From positions 192,001 through 256,000 of the forward strand of contig CAWIBO010000003.1 of NCBI GenBank assembly GCA_963834385.1: a stretch of DNA of 64,000 bases, given 5' to 3'. Below, in pieces: positions 60,886 to 64,000 of the stretch. The notes beneath the pieces were generated by a model. That model saw only the letters and a program-made list of their open reading frames with translations, was not told the origin of the DNA and searched no databases. Positions within the stretch are counted from its first letter, which is position 1; every line of letters starts with the position of its first letter. The translations under genes were made by a program, and so were the position numbers. The DNA comes from an uncultured Verrucomicrobiae bacterium. GTDB taxonomy: Bacteria > Verrucomicrobiota > Verrucomicrobiia > Chthoniobacterales > UBA10450.

Positions 60886-62592
60886 TCAATCGGCCGGGAC
60901 GGTTGTTTCGTCGCGGTTTTTCTCACCTTCCACGGGCGCGGGCGAACGGTTGGCCTCCATGACCTCGACGCCGAGGTCGCCAATCTTGCTGAGGGACAGA
61001 CCCTGCAGGGCCGGCGTGTTCTCGGCCATCTCGCGGAAGACGTCCTCGACCAAAAGGAGACCGTTTCCGCCGGTGCGCGCCTGCAGGATGTCGCGCAGGA
61101 TTTCCCAGTCGTCGCGCGCCTCGCCGGGAGCGTTGATGGCGCGGTTGAGACGCTGGAGACGTCCCTTGCCGTTGATCATGGAGCCGCGCTTTTCCGCGAA
61201 GCCGCAGGAGGGGAGCAAAACGGTGGCGTGCGGGGTAGCCTCGTTGGCCAGGAGACCCATGACAATGAAGGCGGGCAGGGTCGAAAGCACCTCCGTGGTC
61301 AGGCCAAACTCGGTCGGGTCCTCGCCGAAAACCAGCAGGGCGCGAACACTGCCGTTTTTCACTCCCTCGACAATGGCGGGCAGGTGCGCGCCCGGTTCGC
61401 TCGTGATGCCGAGAAGTTTGGCGCCGTTGGTGTTCGGGTTGCGATCCTCGCTCAGGAGGATGTCGTCGCCCGGGCCGCGTCGGGGAACAATGTCGAGGTG
61501 TTGCACGCCGAGGGCGCGGGCCAGTTTCGCGGTCAGCCAGAGTTCCTCATTGGTCATGCGACCGGAGGCGACGAGCGCGATCTCCCAGCCCTGGAAATGC
61601 TGGAGCTGCAGAGCCGCGTGCTTGATCGCGGTGTCCCACGAAACCGGGGCCAGCTTTGTCCCGTCAAAGATCTGCGGCTGGAGCAGGCGTTTCTCCGATT
61701 GCAGATAATCGAAATTGAGGCGGCCGTAATCGCACATCCAGGTGGAATTGACGGCGTCGTTCTCGCGCGGCGTCTGGCGGTAGATCACATCCTGCCGGGT
61801 GCCGATGACGGTGTTGCAGCCGGTGGCGCAACTGGTGCAGAAGCTCTTCGTTTCCTTGAGGAACCAGACCCGCATCTTGAACCGGAAATCGGTGGAGGTG
61901 AGCGCGCCCACCGGGCAGATGTCGACGGTGTTGAGCGAGTAATTGTTTTCCAGCTGCCGGCCGGGGTGGGCCGTGAGCACGGTGTGGCTGCCGCGATCGA
62001 TGAAGCCGAGGACGTCGTCCTTGGCCACTTCCTGGCAGAAACGGATGCAGCGCGAACAGAGAATGCAGCGTTCATCATCGAGGGTGACGCGGGGACCGAG
62101 CTCGACGTTCTTCGGTTTCTTTACCTTGTTCTCGAGGAACCGGGAGGCGGCGTTGCCGTACTCGACGCTGAACTCCTGCAGCCGGCATTCCCCCGCCTGG
62201 TCGCAGATCGGGCAGTCGAGCGGATGATTGATCAGGAGAAATTCCATCACGCCCCGGCGGCATTCCTCGACCAGGGGCGAGGTGGTCCGCACCCCCATCC
62301 CCTCGGAAACATCCTGGGCGCAGGAAATCTGCGGGCGCGGCATCCAGTTGATCAGCGGCTTCCCGTCCTCGCCCAGCTCCGGCTGGCGATCGGGCCCGAG
62401 CTTGGGCATGCCCATCTCGACGAGGCACATCCGGCAGTTCCCGGGCGAACTCAATTTCTTGTGGTAGCAATAGCGCGGGACGTAATGCCCCGCCTGCTCG
62501 CACGCCTCGATCAACCGCGTCCCCTTGGGGAACTGGTGCCAGACACCGTCCACCTGGACGTTGACCATTTGTGCTGGAGTGGATTCGGGCAT
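60886..62592 (-). CDS. nuoG: NADH-quinone oxidoreductase subunit G (short form)
   Basis: CYH..GNCRMC, NHPLDCPICDQAGEC, RCILCSRC, DICPVGAL and CTSCATGC. Confidence 0.93.
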   Translation of the reverse strand: MPESTPAQMVNVQVDGVWHQFPKGTRLIEACEQAGHYVPRYCYHKKLSSPGNCRMCLVEMGMPKLGPDRQPELGEDGKPLINWMPRPQISCAQDVSEGMGVRTTSPLVEECRRGVMEFLLINHPLDCPICDQAGECRLQEFSVEYGNAASRFLENKVKKPKNVELGPRVTLDDERCILCSRCIRFCQEVAKDDVLGFIDRGSHTVLTAHPGRQLENNYSLNTVDICPVGALTSTDFRFKMRVWFLKETKSFCTSCATGCNTVIGTRQDVIYRQTPRENDAVNSTWMCDYGRLNFDYLQSEKRLLQPQIFDGTKLAPVSWDTAIKHAALQLQHFQGWEIALVASGRMTNEELWLTAKLARALGVQHLDIVPRRGPGDDILLSEDRNPNTNGAKLLGITSEPGAHLPAIVEGVKNGSVRALLVFGEDPTEFGLTTEVLSTLPAFIVMGLLANEATPHATVLLPSCGFAEKRGSMINGKGRLQRLNRAINAPGEARDDWEILRDILQARTGGNGLLLVEDVFREMAENTPALQGLSLSKIGDLGVEVMEANRSPAPVEGEKNRDETTVPAD

Positions 62593-62594
62593 GG

Positions 62595-63064
62595 GATGAA
62601 TCAGGAAACCAGGAAAGCAGGAAACTCAGGATGGAAAATCGTGCACGGCGTCTTGGCTGGAACTCGCGGCCGACACGTTTAATCGTCAGCGGGCGCGTGG
62701 CGAAATTCAGAAGAAGACCGTCGTTCAGGTCGACAGCCTTCAGATAAGTGCGCAGGATGGCGTAATGTATCGTTTTCCAGGGCGATAATGGCCTTGAACT
62801 CGACGAGCGACATCGGCCTCAACCAGAAAGTCCAGGCGATGCTCACCGATTTGATGATCCTTGTAGAAAAGCGGGATCGGGTGTTGCCGCTATACTGAAT
62901 GCCGCTGAGCGGCGAAGTTCGACCGCCAAGTGCCTGCTCGTAAATAGACTCGAGGAAACCCGGACCCAGCTCCGGATGGACACGTGATGGCCGCGCCGAT
63001 GATCGGCCTCGTGACGTCCCGATCCCTCAGTTTTTTTCCTGTGTTCCTGCTTTCCTGATTCATC
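62595..63064. mobile_element. Candidate inverted-repeat-bounded cassette between nuoF and nuoG
   Basis: 30-bp terminal inverted repeats (62595-62624 and 63035-63064, 27/30 identical) built of CAGGAAAN-like octamers, enclosing a GxxExxY gene. Mobility is inferred. Confidence 0.6.
62626..63063 (-). pseudogene. GxxExxY protein (PD-(D/E)XK-like), multiply frameshifted
   Basis: Manual translation across frames gives MNQESRNTGKKLRDRDVTRPIIGAAIT / VHPELGPGFLESIYEQAL / AVEL... / RQHPIPLFYKDHQIGEHRLDFLVEAD / LVEFKAIIALE / IHYAILRTYLKAVDLNDGLLLNFATRPLTIKRV. The stop position is inferred. Confidence 0.85.
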
Positions 63065-63068
63065 TTCC

Positions 63069-64000
63069 TCAGATAGTCCCCTTGGTCCCGGCGCGTTCCC
63101 AGCCGGGGTCGTGCGCCAGGGGGGTGGTGGGAATGACCTCCTCGGCGATCAATTCGCCGGGCGTCAGTTCCGGCGGGAGCGGCGGCGGCGTGGGTTTGCG
63201 GCCGCGCCCGGCAAATTCCCCGGCGAATTTTTCCACGAAACTCTGGGTCGGCCAGGCGCAGGCTTCGCCAAAGGCGCAGATGGTGCGCCCGGCAATGTTG
63301 TCCGCCACGGTCTTGAGGGTGGCCGGGTCTTCCGTGACCCCGCCGCCCAGGAGCATGCGGTCGGTGATTTTTTTCATCCAGAGCGAGCCTTCCCGGCAGG
63401 GGGTGCACTGGCCGCAGCTCTCGTGCGCATAAAATTCGTTGATGTTGTTCAGGGTCCAGACCATGTCGCGCGAGTCGTCCAGGACGATGACGCCGCCGGA
63501 GCCCGCCATGGAACCGGCCGCGGTCAGGCTGTCGAAGTCCATCGGCAGATCGTTCAGCCCGGCCTGTTTCTCGAAGGTCGTGCCGTCGGGATTTTTCCCC
63601 TTCAAGGTAAAGACTTCGTCGCCGCGCAGGACTTTGGCGGATGAGCCGCCGGGAATGACCGCCTTGAGCGAACGGCCCCAGCGGATTCCGCCGGCCATTT
63701 CGTAGATGAGCTGGCCCATGGTCACGGCGCCCACCTCGACCTCGTAGTAACCGGGCCGGTTGACGTCGCCGCTCACGCAAAGGATGCGGGTGCCGGTGTT
63801 GTTGGGCCGGCCGATCCGGGCGTATTCATCGCCGCCGAGCTCGATGATGTGTTTGATGTGACAAAGCGTCTCCACGTTGTTCACGATGGTGGGGCACATG
63901 TAGAGACCGAGGACCGCGGGAAAGAAGGGGGGCTTGATCCGGGGATAGGCGCGCTTGCCCTCGAGCGACTCGATCAGCCCGGTTTCCTCGCCGCAAATAT
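63069..64000 (-). CDS. nuoF: NADH-quinone oxidoreductase subunit F (5' part outside window)
   Basis: ICGEETGLIESLEG at the window edge, NNVET, PGGSS, HESCGQCTPCREG and GRTICAFGEA. Confidence 0.96.
   Translation of the reverse strand, partial: ICGEETGLIESLEGKRAYPRIKPPFFPAVLGLYMCPTIVNNVETLCHIKHIIELGGDEYARIGRPNNTGTRILCVSGDVNRPGYYEVEVGAVTMGQLIYEMAGGIRWGRSLKAVIPGGSSAKVLRGDEVFTLKGKNPDGTTFEKQAGLNDLPMDFDSLTAAGSMAGSGGVIVLDDSRDMVWTLNNINEFYAHESCGQCTPCREGSLWMKKITDRMLLGGGVTEDPATLKTVADNIAGRTICAFGEACAWPTQSFVEKFAGEFAGRGRKPTPPPLPPELTPGELIAEEVIPTTPLAHDPGWERAGTKGTI

Overview
GC-rich bacterial chromosomal window made up mostly of housekeeping genes. A soil-type Verrucomicrobiota (Chthoniobacterales-like) origin is inferred from a duplicated C-terminal NLSTR/NISTR domain, a PEP-CTERM protein and the gene order; this is not proven. 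It contains nusA-infB-rbfA-DHH-truB-ribF, tRNA-Gly(GCC), tRNA-Arg(CCT), an ECF sigma/anti-sigma module, two RND efflux operons with clear palindromic operators (MarR/SlyA-type and TetR-type), tilS, gltX, glnS, aroE, proC, nadA, xth, infA, two PilT ATPases, an HNH gene and nuoF-nuoN. Scattered single-base frameshifts in conserved genes (truB, glnS, pilT and others) point to an imperfectly polished long-read consensus. No CRISPR array, prophage, integrase or IS transposase was seen. The most unusual signal is a set of cassettes built from 7-8-bp tandem units. A 30-bp inverted repeat encloses a GxxExxY (PD-(D/E)XK-like) gene exactly between the nuoF stop and nuoG start. A cargo-less heptamer hairpin lies between nuoH and nuoI, and heptamer arrays flank tRNA-Arg. 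Together these are a candidate family of fold-away intergenic insertion elements.
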